Shown piece after piece: positions 33,301 to 39,645 of a stretch of 39,645 nt of DNA. The notes beneath the pieces were generated by a model, which did no database searches, was not told the DNA's origin, and worked only from the letters and a program-made list of their open reading frames with translations. How positions within the stretch are numbered: the stretch's first letter is position 1; each line of letters starts with the position of its first letter. The stretch comes from a virus. The DNA is taken from IMG/VR virus record IMGVR_UViG_3300045988_067475, positions 1-39,645 of that record; one strand, given 5' to 3'. A program made the translations under genes and the position numbers.

Positions 33301-34664
33301 TGCTCGACGCCTCCGCCGACCTCGACAATCGCGTTTGCCGTCGAGGAAAGAAGCGTTGCCAGAAGCGCTTCGTCCTCCGTCGCGCCCTTTTCGATTGCTT
33401 CGTCATACGAATTGCCGAAGCTCTGAACGAAGCTTGTCCAGTACATGGGGTCTTTGGAGAGCTTCTGCACCGCGTCCGCTACCGTCGCCGTCAGCCCCGA
33501 AGCCTCCGGGGCGAGCGTCGCCGCTGCCGAGCCGCCCGCCGTTGCCATTGCAAGAACTGCGTTCGGGACTGCCGAAATCGTGCCCTGAATCAGCTGATTT
33601 GCAAGGTTGCCGCCTTTCCCATACTGATTCCATCCCGTAGCCGCCTTCTGCGCGAACTGCGCCGTCGTGTCCTTCGTGCTCTGGTTCAAATCAGATACCG
33701 GTTGAAGGAGAGAACCAAAAAACGGCGCATCGCCCTTCACAAACTTACCGCTTTCCTTGTCCCAGCCGCCGTTTGCAAAAGCTTCCAGCTGCATTAGAAC
33801 ATTTTTACCCGCATTCAGTGTGCTGGTAACGCCGGAGTTAAACTGCCCTGCGCCCGCTTCCAGTGCGTTATAGATAGAATCCAAAACGCCGTAGTCGCCC
33901 GTCACGTCCTTTTTCTTCTGAATCAGTTTGCTTCGCTCTTCAGTCAGCGCCTCTTTGGTCTTCCCGCTTTTCTCGCCGACTACAGGGTAGCGGCCTTCAA
34001 TTTTGTTCTTGAGCGGCGCAAGTTCGCTGTCGATAGCCGCGATCTGCTTGTTAAGCTCAGATACAGTCCGGTTGTACCCCTTTTCCTGATCTCGGTTAAC
34101 CGTCCTTTGTGTTCTGATGCGCTGCTGCTCATCCGCTCTCGCCTCGCTCGGGCTCTTCCCGCTGGAAATGGCTCGTTCAAGCTTTTGATTGACCGTATTG
34201 CGGAAATCCTGTGCCTGCTTCGTGTTCTGGCCAACCAGATACCCGTTCTTCGTCGCCTGCTCCACAAGCGTCTGCTTCCGCTTTGCCTCCGTGTCGGAGA
34301 TCTTCCGGTTGGCAGAGCTCTGAAACGAAAGCCCGTAGGTTCTCGAGCTGCCGATCGTTGCCCTGTCCATCAGGTCGCTGAGCGCTTTGGATTTTTCCGC
34401 CGCGCTCAGTGATTTTTTCTTGCTGGAGGAACTGGAAGAAGACGAAGAAGAGTTGCTTGTCGAGCTTTCCGTCGGCTTGGGTGTTGTAAGTGAACCGCTT
34501 GTGCTGGAAGAAGGCGTCGTTTTCGGCGTGCTTGCGGAGGCGCTTGGAATCGACTTTGGCGCGCCGCCCTTGTTTCCCGTGCCGGTATTTTTCTTCGCGC
34601 TCGGCTTGATGCTGTCGTACTGCTTCTGCGCCTTCAAGTTGCGTTCGCCGTCTTTTGTAATCAT
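27342..34664 (-). CDS. Giant virion-associated protein (2440 aa), putative internal/ejection or polyvalent protein
   Basis: A single uninterrupted track ORF with ATGA coupling to the upstream gene. It has a Ser-rich N-terminus, a Gly/Ala-rich hydrophobic patch (AVPNAVLAMATAGGSAAATLA) and two tandem repeats of about 190 aa near the C-terminus. No catalytic motif was recognised. Confidence 0.6.
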   Translation of the reverse strand: MITKDGERNLKAQKQYDSIKPSAKKNTGTGNKGGAPKSIPSASASTPKTTPSSSTSGSLTTPKPTESSTSNSSSSSSSSSSKKKSLSAAEKSKALSDLMDRATIGSSRTYGLSFQSSANRKISDTEAKRKQTLVEQATKNGYLVGQNTKQAQDFRNTVNQKLERAISSGKSPSEARADEQQRIRTQRTVNRDQEKGYNRTVSELNKQIAAIDSELAPLKNKIEGRYPVVGEKSGKTKEALTEERSKLIQKKKDVTGDYGVLDSIYNALEAGAGQFNSGVTSTLNAGKNVLMQLEAFANGGWDKESGKFVKGDAPFFGSLLQPVSDLNQSTKDTTAQFAQKAATGWNQYGKGGNLANQLIQGTISAVPNAVLAMATAGGSAAATLAPEASGLTATVADAVQKLSKDPMYWTSFVQSFGNSYDEAIEKGATEDEALLATLLSSTANAIVEVGGGVEQLPGELRKEGLTSAEKIRKWVSSSLDEGKEEVVQGMIERLVNKAVYNQDAPWNDDTGKNEDAVFNFDQSLKEFGMGAAIGGILGGGQMLAQEAINARNRIVDPTASPLDQAILDALQGVQTPENVTQTREATALDNAILAAMNQNKNSATFEQTTESPMNGPVRSNAAEAGTSNINAASEKIKGDFDKLIEKNKGKLSFNQWVDYGNSLQGEDAAALNAFLNDIETGKTQYKYDAGGGIYKVDPANHIDNHDISERMQRGGHSFQYDNPELHEYMKEAAELLLEDIADSTKGERFATPTENGDNGGYYHWTGTKRRTTKGIAELKDRFGITWDNLAKAAENIIKDEGAENYADARRVEFLLDDMLTNGYDAMTPKSEAGTFVPPNEAYIRAKQQIPGADMRQKSETSALTWLMETEDEQNAPKPVDTSLAANAETGTEERTWHAERQGASPAGTEAAQIEAPGAAPAGFDPLSHASNQYGAIPPGENPSRVVDIPASMDGETKVSRFSRTAAEAQITTDEMVGRIEQLVQDGKLSHEVYGNKQAIEDGAKQIEKQYARGKSIEQIRGEFIRDANAGKAGAKFVSQGTTLYADAIAEGDYNAASDILVALTAVETNAGQTVQAARLMKSLTPEGRIFTVQKMVSNLEAQINQRRAANKQIEINVPDALLQTYQNAATADAQEAALQNIYQNVADQIPTSLGEAAQQWRYFSMLANPSTHAKNIMGNVSGAVAKIGKDNLAALMETVFIGNKEGRTKAFLNPLNKADQNLLNLGWADYDNAVDLYEDSTGKYSNTAGDINDKRRYWKINDPQNALTRGIDKALNIAEKANNLNSKALEVEDMWFSKPMYSVALAGYMKANGLTEITDAARTYAMTEAKKGTYNDLNAVSKWATSLGKGSKLGRFLSSTVYPFKKVPANVMVRTVEYSPLGYLKGAWDLIQMQKGNPDITAAKAIDDFAAATTGTALLGVGAMLAKQGILRATGVGDDKEKEQQKNAFGAKDFSILVGDTYIPIDSLTLAGTGLLTGAQIWEAAQNARNGDEPISFEDFLDALSKITDPVFEQSMLSGMDSILTTIQNSDNAGTGELLTKMGVQIIGNYVGQYVPTIVGRVAASLDKNQRSTYLEPDGAWSPVQSAVQGVQKKLPGLREDMAVTYGNWGVPVEGNGANGFGEGVFKAVTPVYPSKQKTDAVEEEIARLHDVNAEYSNFYTKPPKSIAVDGENVKLTSEQYANYTETRGQTDYNLRKNMLDSDIYKGLPDNVKSKAMSLSQEYANALGKEAAGVGYESDEKWINGLKGKSDEEIVNAILGRAVESEKYISDEAKNKLGNVQKIYDSLAYAGVSDDLKESAREKAAEYFQNAEKAKFGYKLSEEQQKLEGKNQKTLAEYFLDEAVKAKYKDANKDGTNRDELLQAYNDNELNDRTAIAVLSAREVDAYQKFGKAAGVTPQMMLEASSAHARMHEVKDIDGIVTSSVQNQYDDWLDSKNLTEEQKKALRMGFYGDTVDTYNKLVEDLDIGNITVGEAKQALSPTYQYGWTHNVSSTGVQMRDYISSMATFENAPTAEERDKMGFDSKWEWFCNELNKNTELTKEQKYAIAISTDRSMSEKTKKKIANKLGAAYVAPATDGGNPGGTAVTSTGSATSSSGSYASSGTGGGTFSGWSSDAEKKSQAQKAYERFGMAAGATEAMYQEAKAALKNIETVYDMDGNVVRSAEDQFDSWLERRDWTEDQKDAVRAGFYADSVKNLRYLSSELREGNISVAAAKSELSARAQTGWTHSVMDTGAAMADYIDAWAQFKEAPNADERKSQGFGTKWAWFCDYLNQTDMTAEQKYAIAVSVQDYAESTRKKIQKNVGWDGVSSAEQEPQEETYDIRTDDGYREYLSLLLKRKDRYEAKDGSVWSVGENGDVIVRTKDGRQLRARAVLGRNGFDDEPGEGYTVGSKAGQLAYKMMQNGVMKTWGAPDGWTWKLVRGEIIAEKNGTKIPVRMAG

Positions 34665-35896
34665 CTGTACGCTCCGTTCAGTATGTCTGTAACGCTATAG
34701 CCGTTGCCGTCAGTTCGGCTGGAACTGTTCTTTCTGATTTCCTTCAGCTTCAGCGCAAGGTCGAGCCTGCGTCCAAGCTCCGTGTCAGCCAATTCTTTAT
34801 TGTAGATCGTTTCAAGCTGCGCGATCACGTCGTCAGAAAGTCCGTAAAGCTTCCCATACAGACCGTATTTGCCGCCAGCTGCCGCGATCTCCGCTGCCCG
34901 CCGTGCCTCTTCCGAAGCAAGGTTTCGGTCGGAGCTCACCTGATTGAGCATCATATTGAGAATCTCCAGCGCGCGGTTGCTGTCGTTCTTGGAAGCGTCA
35001 ATGATGCTCTCGTCCACGCGCACGGCCTCCTGATACAGCCTTTGCGCCAGCTCCATGTTGTTTTCCGCCTGCGCCTTCTGGATCGCGTTCTGATACTGCT
35101 GCCCGAGAAGCGTCCTCTGCCGCTCGATCTCCGCCCGGTTCTGCGCCTCGGCATTTCCGAGCGCCGTCAGATCGCTTTGCAGCTGATTGCTTCTGGCAAG
35201 TGCCGCCTGTCCGCCCGTGCCGGAGTTGAGCCCCGAGGCGTTCGCCATCTCGTTATAGCTCGCCTGCGACCGGTCGGCGTTTGCCTGCGTCTGCCGTCTC
35301 TGCTCATAATAATTAGAGCCAATCTTGCTTGCCTCGCTGTCGAGTCCGCTGACGTTCTGGTTGTAGTCGCTCTCGAGCTGGGCTTTGTTCGCCGCCAGCT
35401 GCTGTTCGTACATCTGCCGGATATAATCCGACTGGTCTCCCGCCGTCGCTGTCTTCTGCCCCTGCATCGCTTGCAGCTGCTTGAGATAATCCTGAATCAG
35501 CTGATCATATGCTTGCCTCTGGCTTGCCGCGTTGTCGACTGTTTCGCTTGTCCCCGAGCCGGTTGTGCCTCCGCCAAGACCTGTCCCATTTCCGGAAGTG
35601 TTGCCCCCGGACGGCTGCGACCCTGCCGGTGGCTTTGTTGCCCCGCTGCCTCCGGTATTTGAAATACCGGGTCTCCTGCCGCCGGAAACATAGCCGCCAG
35701 CACCTCCGCTGCCGCCGCCCGGTTGGTATGTGATATTTGCCTTTGTGGTTACGCCGTCCTTCGTGACCCAGATGTTCCCGTCCCGGTCCGCCGTCCACGA
35801 AGACCCGTCCGAGACCGTCGTGCTCGTGCCCTGATTCTTTTTCAGCGACTCGGAAATGTCATACCCGGCTTTGGTGCCGATGTTGTAAGCGCCCAT
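34661..35896 (-). CDS. Virion-associated protein (411 aa) with a Gly-rich linker and long Q/A-rich coiled coil
   Basis: Track ORF containing GGGSGGAGGYVSGGRRPG...GTGLGGGTTGSG, then heptad-like sequence. Confidence 0.55.
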   Translation of the reverse strand: MGAYNIGTKAGYDISESLKKNQGTSTTVSDGSSWTADRDGNIWVTKDGVTTKANITYQPGGGSGGAGGYVSGGRRPGISNTGGSGATKPPAGSQPSGGNTSGNGTGLGGGTTGSGTSETVDNAASQRQAYDQLIQDYLKQLQAMQGQKTATAGDQSDYIRQMYEQQLAANKAQLESDYNQNVSGLDSEASKIGSNYYEQRRQTQANADRSQASYNEMANASGLNSGTGGQAALARSNQLQSDLTALGNAEAQNRAEIERQRTLLGQQYQNAIQKAQAENNMELAQRLYQEAVRVDESIIDASKNDSNRALEILNMMLNQVSSDRNLASEEARRAAEIAAAGGKYGLYGKLYGLSDDVIAQLETIYNKELADTELGRRLDLALKLKEIRKNSSSRTDGNGYSVTDILNGAYR

Positions 35897-36562
35897 TTAT
35901 TCCTCCACTTCCCACGCAGCGGCGTATTCCTCCAGACTGTAGGACGTGTCCTGCACACATTTTGTGAACTTCCCGCCCTGCACTGCCCATTCTCCCGCCT
36001 TGTACATATCGTGCGCGCCCGTCGGATGGACAAACTGCCGCGCCGTCTCGCGCGATGTCCCGTGGTACGGCCTGTTGAACGTGTACCAGGCAGTCTTCCC
36101 CGGCGCGATATCCGGATAGACTGCGTTGTCATACGCCTGAAAACAAGTCCATGGCTCTCCGTCAACAAGGAACGTTTCGCCCACCGTGTGCTTTCCCGCC
36201 GTCCATTCCGGGTACAGCGCGGAACACCGGATGATCTCGTCTGCTGTTTCCAGCTTTACATCCTTCATCAAAAACCGCACCGCATTTGTCATCGAAACCT
36301 CCAAGTCGTATTCTACCGGCTCCCGCGCCATCGGCTGCGGCAGTGGAATATTGGTAAGCACCCAGAGCCCATCTGTAATTTCCTGCCGGAGATAATCTGC
36401 CGTGTCGAATGTCTGCATCTGGAAGCCATTGTTCGTGTAGACCGCAATAGACCCGGACAGAGCAGAAACGCCAGCCAAGCTTGCACCCTCGAACCGTACC
36501 GTACTATCCATGCGCGTCACGCGGATATTCGGGTACTGTATAGACTGATTTGTAATGTACAT
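35897..36562 (-). CDS. Tail/adsorption-associated protein (221 aa) with a CBM5/12-like carbohydrate-binding C-terminus
   Basis: YPEWTAGKHTVGETFLVDGEPWTCFQAYDNAVYPDIAPGKTAWYTF resembles chitin-binding-type W/Y motifs. GGAGA RBS. Confidence 0.5.
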   Translation of the reverse strand: MYITNQSIQYPNIRVTRMDSTVRFEGASLAGVSALSGSIAVYTNNGFQMQTFDTADYLRQEITDGLWVLTNIPLPQPMAREPVEYDLEVSMTNAVRFLMKDVKLETADEIIRCSALYPEWTAGKHTVGETFLVDGEPWTCFQAYDNAVYPDIAPGKTAWYTFNRPYHGTSRETARQFVHPTGAHDMYKAGEWAVQGGKFTKCVQDTSYSLEEYAAAWEVEE

Positions 36563-36571
36563 TCTGATCTC

Positions 36572-36898
36572 CTATCCCATCGTGATATCGCAAATATACC
36601 ATGAGCCGCTGCTGTTGCTTTTTTTATCGAATGCAATGACTGCGTTCCCGGTCACTTTCAGTGCGTACGTTCCGGCCCCAGCCAATACCAGGTCCCCATT
36701 GAGACTTATCCTGTTTTGCTTCTCAAAACCGCCTACATAGACGTCAACTGTCGCATCCGGCTTCACTTCTACCGTTGCCGCCGCCGTATATTTTGTTTCC
36801 CCAATTGTCGCATATGCGTTTGTGGAACTGAAATCGCCGGATATATCCACTGTGAAGTGTTCCGGGGTCGGAAGACCTCTTCTCAAAAACATTCCCAT
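36572..36898 (-). CDS. Hypothetical virion protein (108 aa)
   Basis: Track ORF with a TAGGAGGT RBS. Confidence 0.6.
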   Translation of the reverse strand: MGMFLRRGLPTPEHFTVDISGDFSSTNAYATIGETKYTAAATVEVKPDATVDVYVGGFEKQNRISLNGDLVLAGAGTYALKVTGNAVIAFDKKSNSSGSWYICDITMG

Positions 36899-36907
36899 AA
36901 CGACCTC

Positions 36908-37570
36908 CTAAAAGCAAAAGCAAAACGCCGTTCCAGTCGCTTCGGATTTTATGTCTTGGCTGGATGGGGCACCCATAGTTCCAATCGCATAGACATTACT
37001 TCCGCCCGCGCGTGTCCGTGTCCACCATCTTTTTTCTCTTCCCGCCATTTGCTTTACGCTATAAAGCCGATGGGAATAATACGCATACTGCATACCATCG
37101 TCAGCGGATACGCCGGAATCGCCAGGTTGTCCGACCTCCACTACCGACGGGAGGAACAATTTGTCAGCTGTTGTATCGATACTTGAACCGTTTTTCGTCA
37201 GCTTGGTCACCTCTCGAATCCCGCTTTGTACCTCGGTAGGCATAAGCGCAAGGATCGCCGGAAGCGTTTCCGTCCGCATGGTGCTCTCAATCCACGCAGA
37301 GCCGCCGGTGATTCCGTATCGTCCCGCCGCATAACAGTCGTGCAGTTGGAAGGTCAGCGGTGCTTTGCCCGAGCCGTCCGCGTAATCATCGTGGTTCATG
37401 CCGATAATGTCGATTCGGTATTCTGCGCCGTTGATCGTCATGTTCTTCCAGTCATGCACCTTCCACTCTGGCGGGATTTGCTTATTTTGGCAGGCTGCTA
37501 TGATCTGTGCCCACGGCCACCCGGCAAACCCTACCGGCTTTTCAATCCATCTAGGGCTTCTTCCGCTCAT
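36908..37570 (-). CDS. DUF6273-like adhesin-domain protein (220 aa)
   Basis: DKLFLPSVVEVG...YAYYS...REKRWWTRTR resembles the KIFLLS...WWLRS pattern of DUF6273. ATGA coupling to the fibre gene. Confidence 0.45.
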   Translation of the reverse strand: MSGRSPRWIEKPVGFAGWPWAQIIAACQNKQIPPEWKVHDWKNMTINGAEYRIDIIGMNHDDYADGSGKAPLTFQLHDCYAAGRYGITGGSAWIESTMRTETLPAILALMPTEVQSGIREVTKLTKNGSSIDTTADKLFLPSVVEVGQPGDSGVSADDGMQYAYYSHRLYSVKQMAGREKRWWTRTRAGGSNVYAIGTMGAPSSQDIKSEATGTAFCFCF

Positions 37571-38571
37571 CCAAATACCACCACCTTAATTGGAATGTTG
37601 ATCTCCGGCGGCGCGCCGATGCACTGTGCGGTCAGACTGTTCGCACCTGTCGTAAAGTTACTGATGCGGGAGAACCCCGTCAGAAGTGCGCTGTCTGCGT
37701 CCTTGTCCATCCCGGAAAGTGCAACGTCCCACTGCGGGTCGACATCGTAGGACGCTTTCAGCCCTGTGATCGTGATCGTCTGGCTCTGATACCCGTGAGA
37801 ATCCGCCGCCCATCCCGTGGACAGAAGCGTACCGGTGTACTGAAATGCGTTTTTGACATTTTTGATCGCCGCATACACGCCACCGGATTTGACAAGGTTT
37901 TCGCTTCCTTCCGTCGGTGTGCTGTCAAACTCTGTCGTAATATCTGAAAGCACATGCGTATGCACAGCGTTCGCTTTTCCGGAAAGTCCGGATGTAAGCG
38001 CCTGCGTCAGGTTCTGAATGGCTGCATGCACGACCTTGTTCATGATCGCGTCCGAGCTGGTAGCGGACAGTTCGTTATTGACAAAGACCTTTGTCGCGCC
38101 CGCCGCGATCCCGTCGAGCTTCACCTTATCTTCCTTGCTCATCAGGCCGTTTGCCGAAGCCGTCGCCGGGTCAATGATAATCGGCCGGTTCTGTAGCTCT
38201 GTGATATTGCCCTGTGCCTGTGTCAGATCGGTCCGAAGCAGCGTCAAGATCGTCGTGACGTCATTCGCCAGCTTGATATAGTTGATACTGCCGTTCGGAA
38301 CGGCCGCAATAGTCGCCTGCTTGACCTGTTCTTGCACATTCTCAATGGCTTCCTGAATGGTTTTCGCCGGAATATCCGTCGTCGCCTGAAAGCCCAGATT
38401 CGCCGCGACCAGCGCCGGGAGCAGCACTGTGTTTAACCAGTTCTGAATCGTAAGCCCCGCTTCGTCGAACTTCGCCTTGAGCTCCGCCGCCGTCAAACCG
38501 CCTACGTCGTTCGGCTCGTCATCCAGCTTCTGAATGATATTCAGATCGTCTTGAAATTCTGTCAGTGCCAT
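37567..38571 (-). CDS. Tail fibre / receptor-binding protein (334 aa from ATG 38571)
   Basis: The GLMSKEDKVKLDGI motif is common in phage fibre proteins. The gene lies directly downstream of the portal gene, and its ATG overlaps the portal TGA by 1 nt. Confidence 0.6.
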   Translation of the reverse strand: MALTEFQDDLNIIQKLDDEPNDVGGLTAAELKAKFDEAGLTIQNWLNTVLLPALVAANLGFQATTDIPAKTIQEAIENVQEQVKQATIAAVPNGSINYIKLANDVTTILTLLRTDLTQAQGNITELQNRPIIIDPATASANGLMSKEDKVKLDGIAAGATKVFVNNELSATSSDAIMNKVVHAAIQNLTQALTSGLSGKANAVHTHVLSDITTEFDSTPTEGSENLVKSGGVYAAIKNVKNAFQYTGTLLSTGWAADSHGYQSQTITITGLKASYDVDPQWDVALSGMDKDADSALLTGFSRISNFTTGANSLTAQCIGAPPEINIPIKVVVFG

Positions 38572-39645
38572 CAAATCACCCCCGTCTCATTAAGCGCCCG
38601 CTGGAGCTGCCCGTATCCGCTGCCGCCCTCTACGGGAATTTCTGTCCCCTGTCCCATCACTGGGGAATTCGATTGCTGCCCCGCCATCTGCGCCTGCATA
38701 CCTTGCAGTTTGTCAATCAGCTCCTGCTTCTTGGACACATACCCCTCCGGGATACGTTCCAGATAGTCCACCAGCTCGATTTTCCCCTGCATCAGAAGAT
38801 TGTCGAGTGTCTGTACCGTTGTGATCTCGCTCCAATACGAAGACGCGCCCACATCCAGTTTCAGGCTCATCGGGATTTCATTCAGAATCGAAAAATCAAA
38901 CGGCTTGTTGAAATTCGTGTCCTGAATGCTCATACCAAGCGGCTGATTGTTCATCTCCTGTTTGGAGAGGAACTTCACCTGCACGTACCGCGTCCCGTAG
39001 TAGACCCGCATCATGTCGAGGTATATCCTCCCGAGGTCTTCAATGGACTCGTACATGTTGAGCTTTACAAGCTCCAACGGTGCGTTCGATGCTCTTTGCA
39101 GCGCGATAATGGCCGACGTGTTGTCCGGCCTCGTGTCACCCAAAGCCGCGTCGGAAGCGCCCATAAAGTTTTGCGTGTAGTTGACGGCCAGATCAATAAA
39201 CTGCGAGATCTGCGGGCTGATCTGTGCCGGGTCAATGATCTTCGCAATGGAGTTCATGTCCCCGCCGTTCACGCCAATGGCTGCGCCGACCCTCGAGTCC
39301 CATTTAGGAATTCTTGTCTTGTCGTAGACGATCTTCGGATAGGCCGTCGTCATCAGCGAGATCATCGCCATTGCGAACGCCTTGTTCACAAACTTCTGGT
39401 TCGGAAGCAGCTGCGAAATCAGCGCCTGCCCGTGGTAGCTGTCCTGAATATAATCCCAGTTCATCCATGTAATGGGATAATGCTTCAGCTCCGTATCCTT
39501 GTCTTCTTCCAGCTCCACGTTCTGTGTGCACTTGTAGCTGTGAATCGTCCCCGTCTCAAAATCCCGGTACAGGTAGATATACATGGACACTCTGTCGTCC
39601 GTCAGCGCGTCCATTTTGTTGCCGTACGCCTCAGAGTCTGCCCGG
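38571..39645 (-). CDS. Portal protein, C-terminal part (continues from 682..1 through the junction)
   Basis: Track ORF 38571..39614 is in frame with the N-terminal part via the 77-bp repeat. Conserved portal body and clip-like sequence is present (AFAMAMISLMTTAYPKIVYD). Confidence 0.9.
   Translation of the reverse strand, partial: RADSEAYGNKMDALTDDRVSMYIYLYRDFETGTIHSYKCTQNVELEEDKDTELKHYPITWMNWDYIQDSYHGQALISQLLPNQKFVNKAFAMAMISLMTTAYPKIVYDKTRIPKWDSRVGAAIGVNGGDMNSIAKIIDPAQISPQISQFIDLAVNYTQNFMGASDAALGDTRPDNTSAIIALQRASNAPLELVKLNMYESIEDLGRIYLDMMRVYYGTRYVQVKFLSKQEMNNQPLGMSIQDTNFNKPFDFSILNEIPMSLKLDVGASSYWSEITTVQTLDNLLMQGKIELVDYLERIPEGYVSKKQELIDKLQGMQAQMAGQQSNSPVMGQGTEIPVEGGSGYGQLQRALNETGVI
39569..39645. 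repeat. Terminal direct repeat (right copy)
   Basis: Identical to bases 1-77. Confidence 0.95.

Larger units (their letters stand above)
1..39645. mobile_element. Complete temperate tailed-phage genome on a circularly closed contig (39568 bp unique)
   Basis: The two 77-bp ends are identical. Integrase plus attP, a cI/cro-like switch, and replication, terminase, capsid, portal and lysis modules are all present. Genes are densely packed with overlapping stops and starts. Confidence 0.9.

Noticed and set aside
1-39645. Diversity-generating retroelement, retron or other RT-based system
   Set aside because: No ORF has an RT-like YxDD core, and I found no template/variable repeat pair.

Overview
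The window is a complete temperate phage genome on a circularly closed contig. Bases 1-77 are identical to 39569-39645, so the unique length is 39568 bp and the linearisation point splits the portal gene.

Layout:
- Early and replication operon, minus strand, 20944 down to about 10428: three HTH regulators, a RAMP-motif protein, many small ORFs, AAA ATPase, DUF669/SSB-like, DUF1376 organiser, ThyX-like, RuvC-like, dUTPase.
- Late operon, minus strand, 7468 down through the junction to 25890: terS, a 547-nt untranslated spacer, terL, scaffold, capsid, 591-aa structural protein, portal, fibre and adhesin-like genes, 411-aa and 2440-aa internal proteins, XhlA/holin/endolysin, small HTH, terminator.
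- Lysogeny unit, plus strand, 21472-24123: cI-like repressor, membrane protein, membrane-anchored HTH, tyrosine integrase. It is followed by attP, which has a 26-nt tRNA 3'-end mimic flanked by GTGACACGAAA arm repeats.
- Plus-strand accessory island, 7992-10378, sitting between the early and late operons.
- No rRNA gene, complete tRNA gene, CRISPR array or reverse transcriptase was found.

The genome is very tightly packed, so three long gene-free tracts stand out:
1. 18921-19652 is a strand-asymmetric tract with a one-orientation TTGC/GCAA motif. It lies directly downstream of a 194-aa protein that carries both RAMP (Cas7/Csm3-like) hallmark motifs.
2. 6547-7093 is a GC-rich, helix-dense spacer between terS and terL, with a duplicated hairpin-GGGAGGGG module.
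3. 20993-21371 is a hairpin-rich element of about 330 nt inside the cro/cI intergenic region, behind its own near-consensus promoter.

All functional calls come from motif recognition by eye. No database search was run.
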